Source: an uncultured bacterium
GTDB taxonomy: Bacteria > Verrucomicrobiota > Kiritimatiellia > CAIKKV01 > CAITUY01
DNA length: 64,000 nucleotides
NCBI GenBank assembly: GCA_903958395.1
Contig: CAJBSZ010000101.1
Coordinates: forward strand, 3,894-67,893
Direction: 5' to 3'
The notes under the pieces: model-generated
Databases searched by the model: none
Seen by the model: only the letters and a program-made list of their open reading frames with translations
Told to the model about the DNA's origin: nothing
Shown: positions 56,231 through 64,000 of the stretch, in pieces
Layout: the number at the start of each line of letters is the position of its first letter
Position numbering within the stretch: position 1 is the stretch's first letter
Translations under genes and position numbers: made by a program

Positions 56231-57499
56231 TTAGGGTTGGTTGAAAAGTGTCAGTCCTGTTGTTTCTCCGGTGAGTCGGCCGATCGCGGCCAGAACTTTA
56301 TGGTATTCGGACAGGGTATTGATCCAGCGGGCGCGAAGACTCACAAAGGAACGCTCCGCGTCAACCCATTCAAGGTACGAGAATTTACCCTGTTCATAGC
56401 CGATTTTTGCCTTCTCCGTGGCGTCACGGGCGGCGGGCAGGGCCTTGTCACGCAGGGCCGCGATTTCCTGCCAGGCATTTTCCGCCGCCACAAGCAAGTT
56501 CGCATGGTCGGCTTGCTGCTGAAGGAGGGCGGTCTGTTGAAGCTGTTCGGCGCGTAATACTTCGTGACCGGCTTTTTGAATGCCCGCCCGGTTCCGGTTA
56601 AAGAGGGGGATTGGCAGGGCGATGCCGCCTACCCAGGCGAATTCCTCATTGTTCTCGAAACGGCGTAAGCCGGCCGAGACCACGACATTGGGATAGGCCA
56701 TGGCCCGTTCGCGGGTTAAGGCGGCATTCCGGGCGGCGAGTTCCGTTTGCGCCCGCATGAGAGCCGGAGCGGTCGACGGGGATTGCGTTCCTGAATCGGG
56801 GAGGCTTCCTTTCTGAACTGAATCAAGCCGTCCCTTTATGGAGTTGAAATCCGGCTTGGCGTGGCCCCAGAGGAGAGCCAAGCGGCGATGGGTCAATTGG
56901 GTCTGGCGGCGGGCTTTATTCAATTCCACCTGTGCCAGTGTGGATTCGACTTCAGCCCGTGAGGCTTCAAGAGGGGGCGCCTTGCCTGCCTGTACCCGTT
57001 GTGAAATCAGGCGGTAACGCTCCCCTGTGAGCCGCAGGTTATCTCCGGCAATCGCTTCCTGTTCCCCGGCTTGCAAGGCTTCGACATAGCGTTCCATAAG
57101 GGTGTGCCAGAGTTCAAGCTGGCAGGTTTTCTGTTCCACCCGTGAAAGGTCAGTTCCGGCACGGGCTTCCGCAATTCGGGCCCTGCGCTTCCCGCCTGTC
57201 TCGACGGGTTGGTTGATGAGCAGGGTGGTTTCGGCCGCATCCCAGCCTGAATTCGGCCCGGATCCTCCGAAGTTTTCAGCCTCCACCGAAAGCTCGGGAT
57301 TGAGCTGGGTGTCGGCCTGAGTGGCGGCGCTTCGGGACGCCTCGACGCTGGATCGTGCGGCGGAAAGGGTTGGGTTGAGGTGTTGAATCTTTTCCCAAGC
57401 CTGGTCAAATGAAAGACTGGCCTCGTCGGCGTGTGTCATTGGCAGCAGACTGAGCGTCACGCCAATGGCCATAAAACAATGTTTTGTGAATAAAGACAT
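56231..57499 (-). CDS. czcC: TolC-family outer membrane efflux protein
   Basis: NPELS, QPVETGGKRRAR, PIPLFNRN and GYEQGKFSYLE motifs. Confidence 0.88.
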   Translation of the reverse strand: MSLFTKHCFMAIGVTLSLLPMTHADEASLSFDQAWEKIQHLNPTLSAARSSVEASRSAATQADTQLNPELSVEAENFGGSGPNSGWDAAETTLLINQPVETGGKRRARIAEARAGTDLSRVEQKTCQLELWHTLMERYVEALQAGEQEAIAGDNLRLTGERYRLISQRVQAGKAPPLEASRAEVESTLAQVELNKARRQTQLTHRRLALLWGHAKPDFNSIKGRLDSVQKGSLPDSGTQSPSTAPALMRAQTELAARNAALTRERAMAYPNVVVSAGLRRFENNEEFAWVGGIALPIPLFNRNRAGIQKAGHEVLRAEQLQQTALLQQQADHANLLVAAENAWQEIAALRDKALPAARDATEKAKIGYEQGKFSYLEWVDAERSFVSLRARWINTLSEYHKVLAAIGRLTGETTGLTLFNQP

Positions 57500-57570
57500 A
57501 AATCCCCTGTAACGTCATGAGTGTCGGATTCGGAGTGTGGTCGCTTGACCTGAACTCCAGAGAGAAGACG

Positions 57571-57594
57571 GATTGCCTGATGGATCAGGCAATC
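57571..57594 (-). promoter_or_regulatory. Perfect 10-bp hairpin overlapping the leader-peptide stop codon
   Basis: GATTGCCTGA-TGGA-TCAGGCAATC. Confidence 0.65.
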
Positions 57595-57842
57595 GGGGGG
57601 CGGAAGATGCGGGAGGAAAAAGAAAAAGCCGTTGAGAGTGGGATTGGGGGGAACAGTCGTTCTGTCGTGGTGGGCAATAGATGAGCGATATCTGACAAGG
57701 CTGTCTCGGCCGGGGAATGTGACACACATGAGCATTCCAAGGTGCATCCGTCGTCATGACCATGGGTGTCGCAGGGGAAAAGACAGCCGAGCAAGGCAAG
57801 TGCCAGCATGATTTGGATAATGACTGAAACTTTTTTTGGCAT
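57585..57842 (-). CDS. Putative metal-sensing leader peptide (DUF2946/CruR/CutF-like)
   Basis: Hydrophobic N-terminus, CDTHGHDDGCTLECSCVSH cluster, C-terminal IFRPPIA; first gene before czcC. Confidence 0.7.
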   Translation of the reverse strand: MPKKVSVIIQIMLALALLGCLFPCDTHGHDDGCTLECSCVSHSPAETALSDIAHLLPTTTERLFPPIPLSTAFSFSSRIFRPPIA

Positions 57843-57851
57843 CGGAACGGC

Positions 57852-57880
57852 ACTCTAGGGTTTTATAGAAAGGGCGTCAA
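57852..57880 (-). promoter_or_regulatory. Putative sigma70 promoter of the czc operon
   Basis: TTGACG-17 nt-TAGAGT, 9 nt before ATG 57842. Confidence 0.6.
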
Positions 57881-57948
57881 GATGACATAAAGTGAACAAA
57901 AATGGAATGGGATTGACCTCGCGCGGGAGGGAAGGCATCTTGAGTGGC

Positions 57949-58413
57949 ATGAAAACAAAACCCTTTGTCCGTCCCGATTGGGATCACTACTTCATGGCTA
58001 TTGCGACGGTGGTCGCCACGCGCGGAAATTGCTGCCGAAGGCAGGTCGCGGCCGTGATTGTGAAGGATCAGCGCATGATTTCGAGTGGTTATAACGGAAC
58101 GCCGCGCGGGGTGAAAAATTGCTGCGAAGGGGGCTGCGAGCGATGTGCCGGGGACGCGCCGTCAGGGACCTCCCTTGGAGAGTGCATCTGTTGCCATGCC
58201 GAGGAGAACGCCATCACCCAGGCGGCCTACCACGGGATCGGCCTGCGTGGTGCCACGCTGTACTCAACGCTGAGCCCGTGCCTGACCTGTGCCAAAATGA
58301 TTATCAATGCCGGGATACAGGAAGTGGTATACGAGAACGAGTATGAGTTCAGCAACCAGACGCGTTCCCTATTGCACGAGGGCGGCGTCCGGTGCCGTAA
58401 GCTGACGGAATAG
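57949..58413 (+). CDS. dCMP deaminase family protein (ComEB-like)
   Basis: RPDWDHYFM, GYNG, HAEENAI and PCLTCAKMIINAGI motifs. Confidence 0.92.
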   Translation: MKTKPFVRPDWDHYFMAIATVVATRGNCCRRQVAAVIVKDQRMISSGYNGTPRGVKNCCEGGCERCAGDAPSGTSLGECICCHAEENAITQAAYHGIGLRGATLYSTLSPCLTCAKMIINAGIQEVVYENEYEFSNQTRSLLHEGGVRCRKLTE

Positions 58414-58426
58414 GGGCACGACCGGA

Positions 58427-59233
58427 TTATTTCTCGGCCGGATCGTCCTTGTCGTCTTCCATGGTCGTTGTGACGGGTCCAGCGGAAGGCTCAGTGACGA
58501 CGGGTTTCTCAGGCACAATCACTTTTTCCGGGGCCACGGGTGTCTTTGTCTCAACCACCGGCTTTACTTCAACCACCGTGGGTTTCACAACGGCGGGGGC
58601 TGCCACCACGGGGGCGGGCTTTTCCACGATGGGTTCGATGATTGGAGCCGGCGGCATTTGAATGGATTCAATCCGGGTCGGCTTCAGATCCACTTCCTTG
58701 CCCGGGCTGCCCCAGCGGCCAAACCGGCGGCGTTCGGCGTTCCGGTCTTCAATCTTCAGGCCATTTTCATTCGCCAGAAATTTCCACTGATGCGAACTGA
58801 ACTTGAGCGCCGTTCCGATCTCATTGATGAGCGTGGTGGTGTCGAGTGTGGTCAGGCGGTGAAGATCCTTATACCAGGACACGTTGTCCATCATCCGGAG
58901 GGGAATGGTGGTGCTGTCGCCCAGAAGGAAAACATGTTTGGGATCCCCGGACATGAAGCTCCCCATGGTGTAATCCTGAAGGGTGATCTGGATCCATTCC
59001 TGGCCATTCCAGACATGAATCAGGGGCTCACTGAGTGTGGGGCTGGTATTGTACGTCACCAGGCCGATATTTTTGCAACGGGCCATCTGGAAGGCGAGTT
59101 GCACCACGCGCTTGCGGGCGGGCATCACGAGGATCGAGTCCGGCGTTGCCGTTCCCGCCACAACACAATCCGAAGTCGCCATAATCGTCACAGCCATGAA
59201 AGCCGCGCCAATCCATTTATTCACTTTTGTCAT
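58427..59233 (-). CDS. Exported hypothetical protein with Pro/Val/Lys-rich tail
   Basis: GAGGAG RBS, signal peptide, low-complexity C-terminus. Confidence 0.7.
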   Translation of the reverse strand: MTKVNKWIGAAFMAVTIMATSDCVVAGTATPDSILVMPARKRVVQLAFQMARCKNIGLVTYNTSPTLSEPLIHVWNGQEWIQITLQDYTMGSFMSGDPKHVFLLGDSTTIPLRMMDNVSWYKDLHRLTTLDTTTLINEIGTALKFSSHQWKFLANENGLKIEDRNAERRRFGRWGSPGKEVDLKPTRIESIQMPPAPIIEPIVEKPAPVVAAPAVVKPTVVEVKPVVETKTPVAPEKVIVPEKPVVTEPSAGPVTTTMEDDKDDPAEK

Positions 59234-59298
59234 GTTTGCTCTCCTCAAAATAAGTTCTTTTTTGAATCTACAGCGTGGTTTTATTCAATGCAAGCCTG

Positions 59299-60504
59299 CT
59301 ATTTTCCAAGAACCTTCCTGAACTGCTGGGTTAGCAGGGGGAGGATCTCAAACAAGTCGCCCACGATGCCGTAGGTGGCGACCTTGAAGATGGGGGCATC
59401 CGCGTCCTTATTGATGGCCACAATAATATCCGAGGACTGCATTCCGGCAAGATGCTGGATCTGGCCGCTGATTCCCACCGCGATGTAGATCTTGGGGCAG
59501 ACCGTTTTCCCGGTCTGGCCAACCTGATGCGAATAGGGGATCCAATTCGAATCCACGGCGGCACGCGAGGCACCCACACCCGCGCCGATCACATCAGCCA
59601 GTTCGCGCAGCAGCGCGAAGTTTTCAGGAGTCTGGAGGCCGCGACCGCCCGACACAATGATGTTGGCTTCCGCGATATTCATCGTGGTTTCCACCTCGGG
59701 CACGAATTTCAGACGACGTGCCTTGGATTGAAGCAGGACTTCCGCGATGGTTTCCATCGAGACTTCCCCCTTGCGGGCGGGGTTGACTTCGGCTTCCTTC
59801 ATCACCTTGTGCCGCACCGTGGCCATCTGGGGCCGCGCGTTCGGGGTTTCAATGGTGGCCATGATGTTGCCGCCGAACGCGGGGCGGGTCTGGAGCAGAT
59901 TCAGGGTCTTGGGGTCAATCGCCAGTCCGGTACAGTCCGCTGTCAAACCGGCATTCACCCGTACGGCCACTCGCGACACCAGGCTGCGCCCGATGGTCGA
60001 GGCGCCGCAGAGGAACACATTGGGCTTGTGCCGTTTGACAAGGTCGATCAGGACATTGGCGTAGGATTCATCCTGGAAATGCTCGAGCGCGGGACGATCG
60101 ACCAGGTACACCTTGTCGGCGCCGCGGGCGATCAGTTCATCGGTCTGCTTCTGAACATTGCTGCCCAGCAGTACGGCGCACAGCTTCATGCCCAGCGAGT
60201 CGGCCAGCTTGCGCCCTTCCCCCAGCAGTTCGAAGGTGATGGACTGAATCACGCCGTCATGCTGCTCGGCGAACACCCATACATCCTTGAAAGATGACAG
60301 GTCGATTGTGGCGGCGGATTTTTCCTTCATCCAGATGGCCTCGAACTTGCAGGAGGCGACGCAGGCGCCGCACAGCGTACACTTCATGAGGTCAATGACG
60401 GGGACTGTTTTGCGTTCCGTCTGGGTGATGGCACCGAACGGACAGGCTTTGACGCAGGCGCCGCAATAAACGCATTTCTCGTTGATTTTGATGGGATCGC
60501 TCAT
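59299..60504 (-). CDS. etfA: Electron transfer flavoprotein alpha subunit with N-terminal 2[4Fe-4S] ferredoxin domain
   Basis: [12 protein letters not shown] and [31 protein letters not shown] and [12 protein letters not shown] motifs. Confidence 0.95.
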   Translation of the reverse strand: MSDPIKINEKCVYCGACVKACPFGAITQTERKTVPVIDLMKCTLCGACVASCKFEAIWMKEKSAATIDLSSFKDVWVFAEQHDGVIQSITFELLGEGRKLADSLGMKLCAVLLGSNVQKQTDELIARGADKVYLVDRPALEHFQDESYANVLIDLVKRHKPNVFLCGASTIGRSLVSRVAVRVNAGLTADCTGLAIDPKTLNLLQTRPAFGGNIMATIETPNARPQMATVRHKVMKEAEVNPARKGEVSMETIAEVLLQSKARRLKFVPEVETTMNIAEANIIVSGGRGLQTPENFALLRELADVIGAGVGASRAAVDSNWIPYSHQVGQTGKTVCPKIYIAVGISGQIQHLAGMQSSDIIVAINKDADAPIFKVATYGIVGDLFEILPLLTQQFRKVLGK

Positions 60505-60514
60505 GGTTGGTTCC

Positions 60515-61309
60515 TTAGTTGGCGGCGCCCAGAATGGCGTCCTTCAGTTTGGCTATGAGTTGGGGGACGACTTCCGAGGGTTCGCCCTTCAGCATTTCGC
60601 CACCCTGCCGAGCTGGCGGGGTGAAAATCTTGACCACCTTGGTGGGTGAGCCTTCCAGCCCGATGCACTTGGGGTCGCACTGGAGATCGGCGGCCTTCCA
60701 GGTGGTGATGACCGCCTTCTTGGCGGCCAGCTTGCCCTTCAGGGATGGAAGACGCGGCTCATTGATTTCCTTTACGACTGTGAGCACGCAGGGCAGGGGA
60801 GCCTGAATGACTTCGTAGCCGTTTTCCATCAACCGTTCCGCAACGATCGTTTTTTCATCAATCGATTCGATCTTGCGGACATAGGTGATCTGGGGGAGAT
60901 CCAGATGAATGGCAATGCCGGGCCCGACCTGAGCGGTGTCGCCGTCGGAAGCCTGTTTGCCGCAGAGAATGATGTCAAAAGCGCCGATTTTCCGGATGGC
61001 CATGGCGAGCGTGTAGCTGGTGGCCCAGGTGTCGCTACCGGCGAAGGCCCGATCGGACAGCAGGATGCCGTCATCGGCGCCCATGGAAATGGCTTCCCGC
61101 AGGGCGGCATCAGCCTGGGGCGGCCCCATGGAGAGCACGGTCACGGTGCCGCCTGTCTTGGCTTTCAGGCGGAGGCCTTCCTCGATGGCGTACATGTCAA
61201 AAGGGTTGATAATCGCGGCTACCCCGTCCCGCATCAGGGTGTTTGTTTCCGGATTGATCTTCACATCAGTGGTTTCCGGAACCTGTTTGATACAAACAAC
61301 GTATCGCAT
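60515..61309 (-). CDS. etfB: Electron transfer flavoprotein beta subunit
   Basis: VCIKQVP, NPFDMYAIEE and GKQASDGDTAQVG motifs; AAGGAG RBS; upstream TTGCAT-16 nt-TATAAT. Confidence 0.95.
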   Translation of the reverse strand: MRYVVCIKQVPETTDVKINPETNTLMRDGVAAIINPFDMYAIEEGLRLKAKTGGTVTVLSMGPPQADAALREAISMGADDGILLSDRAFAGSDTWATSYTLAMAIRKIGAFDIILCGKQASDGDTAQVGPGIAIHLDLPQITYVRKIESIDEKTIVAERLMENGYEVIQAPLPCVLTVVKEINEPRLPSLKGKLAAKKAVITTWKAADLQCDPKCIGLEGSPTKVVKIFTPPARQGGEMLKGEPSEVVPQLIAKLKDAILGAAN

Positions 61310-61402
61310 ACTGTTCTCCTTTATAAAACGGGGGCGCATTATATGAATTAAACGGTGAGATGCAAGGCGGAATTACCGGTGTAAATAGCTCAACCGTGGA
61401 TT

Positions 61403-61469
61403 CATGGATATACAGGATAGACAGGATACATCTAGCAAACTCTATCCTGAACATCCTGCCCATCGATGT
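61403..61469. repeat. Imperfect inverted repeat built from 9-nt-period CAGGAT units
   Basis: CATGGATATACAGGATAGACAGGATA ... TATCCTGAACATCCTGCCCATCGATG. Confidence 0.6.
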
Positions 61470-61609
61470 TTGACTCTTCCGGCGTGCCACTAACAGTCTA
61501 TCTCTTGCAGTCCTATGTAATTTAGATAACTATATATAGCTATACAGGTCCGGCGTGATCGGTCTATAGTTCTGGCGGATGGTGATGTCCGTAAAACAGT
61601 TGATAAACA

Positions 61610-61641
61610 ATAACCATTAGGTTATATAACCAGAAAGTTAT
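61610..61641 (+). promoter_or_regulatory. Two tandem palindromic operators of the toxin-antitoxin operon
   Basis: ATAAC-N6-GTTAT at 61610-61625 and again at 61626-61641, just before the toxin start. Confidence 0.7.
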
Positions 61642-61646
61642 ATTTG

Positions 61647-62030
61647 ATGAGTTGGGAAGTCGAGTATTCGGATGAATTCGGCGAGTGGTGGGAGGGGCTG
61701 ACTGAGGCTGAACAGGAGTCGGTTGCGGCGAGCGTGGGATTGCTTGAGCTGAAGGGGCCCCACCTGCCGTTTCCTTACAGTTCTGGAATTCAGCGGTCAA
61801 GACACGGGCATATGCGGGAGTTGAGGATTCAACATGCAGGGGGGCCGTACCGAGTGCTTTATGCCTTCGATCCCCGCCGGAAAGCTTTGCTTCTGGTGGG
61901 GGGGAGTAAGTGGGGCGACGATCGGTGGTATGAAAAAGCGGTGCCGATTGCAGATCGAATATACGACCAGCATTTGCAGGAGTTGAAACGGCGAGGAGGG
62001 GTGTCATGTCAAAACAATTCAAGAAGTTAG
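61647..62030 (+). CDS. Type II toxin, RelE/ParE superfamily (HigB/Gp49-like)
   Basis: GPHLPFPYS, MRELRIQ, YRVLYAFDPRR and LLVGGSK motifs; toxin-first order. Confidence 0.9.
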   Translation: MSWEVEYSDEFGEWWEGLTEAEQESVAASVGLLELKGPHLPFPYSSGIQRSRHGHMRELRIQHAGGPYRVLYAFDPRRKALLLVGGSKWGDDRWYEKAVPIADRIYDQHLQELKRRGGVSCQNNSRS

Positions 62031-62338
62031 TTCACGGGATGCCGCCAGCGAGTCAGGCCCGGATTCGAGCCCGGATTGTGGAATTGTCAGGGGAGATGGC
62101 CTTGCAGGAGGTCCGCCAAGCCATGGAGCTCACCCAGCAGCAACTTGCCGCGTCGCTTCGCATGAATCAGGCGGCTGTTTCCAAGCTCGAGCATCAGTCC
62201 GACATGTATATCAGCACTCTTCGGAAATTCCTGTCGGCGATGGGCGGAACCCTTCGGATCGTGGCGTCCTTTCCGGAAGGTGAAGTTGTGATCAGTCAGT
62301 TTGAACAGTTGGCTGGAGTAAGTGCTGAACGCCGTTAA
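62006..62338 (+). CDS. XRE-family HTH antitoxin (HigA-like)
   Basis: LTQQQLAASLRMNQAAVSKLE and DMYISTLRKFLSAMGG motifs; GAGGAGG RBS. Confidence 0.9.
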   Translation: MSKQFKKLVHGMPPASQARIRARIVELSGEMALQEVRQAMELTQQQLAASLRMNQAAVSKLEHQSDMYISTLRKFLSAMGGTLRIVASFPEGEVVISQFEQLAGVSAERR

Positions 62339-62385
62339 CCTCCAGATTGTCCATAACGAATAACCAATATGGGATGATGACGGAC

Positions 62386-62934
62386 ATGAATTTGCCGGTC
62401 CGGAAATTGACGCGTTCGTTCTATGACCACGACACCGTGACGGTGGCGCGGGACCTGCTGGGGAAATATCTGGTGCATGGGGCCCGCGTGGGGCGGATTG
62501 TGGAGGTCGAGGCCTATGTGGGGCCGCATGACCGCGCGTCCCATTCTTCGCGGGGGCGGACGGCGCGCAATGCGCCGATGTTTGGCCCCCCGGGGGTTGC
62601 CTATGTCTACCTCATATACGGGATGTACTGTTGCATGAACGTGGTCACGGAGGGCGAGGGGCATGCCGCCGCCGTGCTGTTGCGGGCGGTGGAGCCGGTG
62701 GCAGGGATATCAGGAAAGACGAATGGCCCCGGCTTGCTGTGCCGGGCTATGGATATTGATCGGCGGCTCAACATGCACGATCTGCTCAGCGACGACTTTT
62801 ATATCGCGGAAGGGGAAGCCGGTGAGTTCCGCATCGTCAAGCGACCCCGCATCGGCGTGGATTACGCCGGGGTCTGGGCGCGCCGGCATCTGCGGTTTTA
62901 TATCGCGGGCAATCCCTTCATCTCCCGGCGTTGA
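62386..62934 (+). CDS. mpg: DNA-3-methyladenine glycosylase (AAG/MPG family)
   Basis: GRIVEVEAY, YVYLIYGMY, AVLLRAVEP, GPGLL and PRIGV motifs; start could also be 62374. Confidence 0.92.
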   Translation: MNLPVRKLTRSFYDHDTVTVARDLLGKYLVHGARVGRIVEVEAYVGPHDRASHSSRGRTARNAPMFGPPGVAYVYLIYGMYCCMNVVTEGEGHAAAVLLRAVEPVAGISGKTNGPGLLCRAMDIDRRLNMHDLLSDDFYIAEGEAGEFRIVKRPRIGVDYAGVWARRHLRFYIAGNPFISRR

Positions 62935-63063
62935 GGCAGAGAATCGGAAGATTAGCGGGAAGGGATGAGGGCGGGCGGGAACCCTAAGATTTCTCTATCA
63001 GCATTGGTTATTTTGCATGACAAGGCGAAATCGAGGAGGGGCTGTTTTTCGCGTTAAATTACC

Positions 63064-63120
63064 TCAGCCAAGGCGGGGCAGGGGGCAGTCCAGAGCGTCG
63101 GCGGTAGCACGCAGGGCTTC
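63064..63120 (-). repeat. Displaced duplicate of the 3' end of the 63518-64000 gene
   Basis: Encodes EALRATADALDCPLPRLG*; 50/57 nt identical to 63518-63574. Confidence 0.85.
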
Positions 63121-63228
63121 TGGCTAGGTGGGGATGACCGCCATGACTGGTCTCGCCATCAGCACCGAGGCCGCGACAAGGATGGCAGAACAATCGTCTG
63201 TGCGCATACGATGTCGATCCAAGGATCG

Positions 63229-63465
63229 TTACTCCTTATTGGCTATTCTTTCAAGTGCCACAAGGACTCTATCCGTTTTCTCGCTCAGCGCCTTTAACTC
63301 GAGGCCATTTTTATAGGACATGGCAATAATCTTAACGGAGACCAGAAAAACGCCTGTTTCCAAAAAAAGATCGTGAGTCAGCCCCTTCACAAAAAGTGCC
63401 GCAATAAACAGCACCAGAGTCAGGAGCGCCACAAACCATGAACCCATGTCCAAATACTTGATCAT
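63229..63465 (-). CDS. Small two-TM hypothetical membrane protein
   Basis: AGGAGG RBS 6 nt upstream of ATG 63465; two hydrophobic segments and a coiled tail; AT-richer than the flanks. Confidence 0.7.
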   Translation of the reverse strand: MIKYLDMGSWFVALLTLVLFIAALFVKGLTHDLFLETGVFLVSVKIIAMSYKNGLELKALSEKTDRVLVALERIANKE

Positions 63466-63517
63466 AATCATCCTCCTCAGTTTTAGTGAGACCTTCACCC
63501 TTTTGGTTAAAATATCA

Positions 63518-64000
63518 TCATCCAGCGCGGGGCAGGGGGCAGTCCAGGGCGTCGGCGGCGGCACGCAGGGCCTCGGCTTCATCGGGGGTAATGTGGCCGT
63601 CCCGGCTGACGGTCGCTGCAAAAGCGGCCACGAGTTTCGCCTTCACCGGCGGGGTGGTCTCGGCTAGACGATCGAGGGCGGTGTCCATGGCCTTGAGGGA
63701 AGCCTGTTCCGCTGGGAGCAGATCGATGTCCACTTCGCCGAGTTCCCGCTGGCCGGCGGAAAAGGATTGTGCCGCCTCGGCGGGGGTATCGGTGCCGAAC
63801 CAGGCCAAAGCTGACAAGACTGTGCCGACTTCCTCTTGCACTGGCTTCAGCGACGTGTGCCGAGGGCGCGGGCGGGTGCCGACCTTGAAGTGGGGGTCGA
63901 GATTGCGCAGCATCATGCGAAGGATCATGTACTCGAACAGGGAGACCTCGGAATCGGCGGCGATCAGGCCCATGACGGCTTCCCGGAAGGCGGGATAGAG
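63518..64000 (-). CDS. C-terminal TerB-like part of a probable M48-family peptidase (5' end lies outside the window)
   Basis: LIAADSEVSLFEY and DGHITPDEAEALRAAADALDCPLP match the C-termini of long M48 proteins as recalled; catalytic domain not visible. Confidence 0.6.
   Translation of the reverse strand, partial: LYPAFREAVMGLIAADSEVSLFEYMILRMMLRNLDPHFKVGTRPRPRHTSLKPVQEEVGTVLSALAWFGTDTPAEAAQSFSAGQRELGEVDIDLLPAEQASLKAMDTALDRLAETTPPVKAKLVAAFAATVSRDGHITPDEAEALRAAADALDCPLPRAG

Noticed and set aside
61564..62022. 152-aa minus-strand ORF over the toxin gene
   Set aside because: Antisense to a clear RelE-family toxin; low-complexity translation with no motifs
63466..63621. 130-aa version of the small membrane protein ORF
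   Set aside because: The extension overlaps the upstream gene; a strong AGGAGG supports ATG 63465

Overview
A gene-dense, GC-rich bacterial chromosomal segment with no CRISPR array, rRNA, integrase or transposase visible. The MurC-MurB fusion and overall gene style suggest a PVC-superphylum anaerobe (Verrucomicrobiota/Kiritimatiellae-like); this is an inference. Most of the window is housekeeping: amtB-glnK, rmuC, mtnP, comF, nnr-acpS-pdxJ-birA, bioD, lptF/G/E, bamD, nadC/nadD, coaX, rsfS, rpsT, etfBA, tRNA-Lys and tRNA-Glu. It also carries an undecaprenyl-phosphate/lipid-modification cluster, a Czc-type metal efflux operon and a HigBA-like toxin-antitoxin pair. The most unusual element is a translationally coupled six-gene operon (about 41.8-49.6 kb). 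It encodes a split PlsA/PlsR-like (plasmalogen/ether-lipid synthase-type) radical reductase whose DUF2229 subunit is fused in frame to a phytoene-desaturase/RetSat-like flavoenzyme, together with an unannotated kinase-like protein, an ACT protein and a lipoprotein deacetylase. Other notable items are a divergently transcribed Ngg-like ATP-grasp plus second MurC-like ligase pair, a putative metal-sensing RPP ribosome-stalling leader peptide with a stop-codon hairpin upstream of czcCBA, a duplicated gene 3' end flanking a one-gene insert, and repeated apparently leaderless promoters. All family assignments come from motif recognition by eye; no database search was run.
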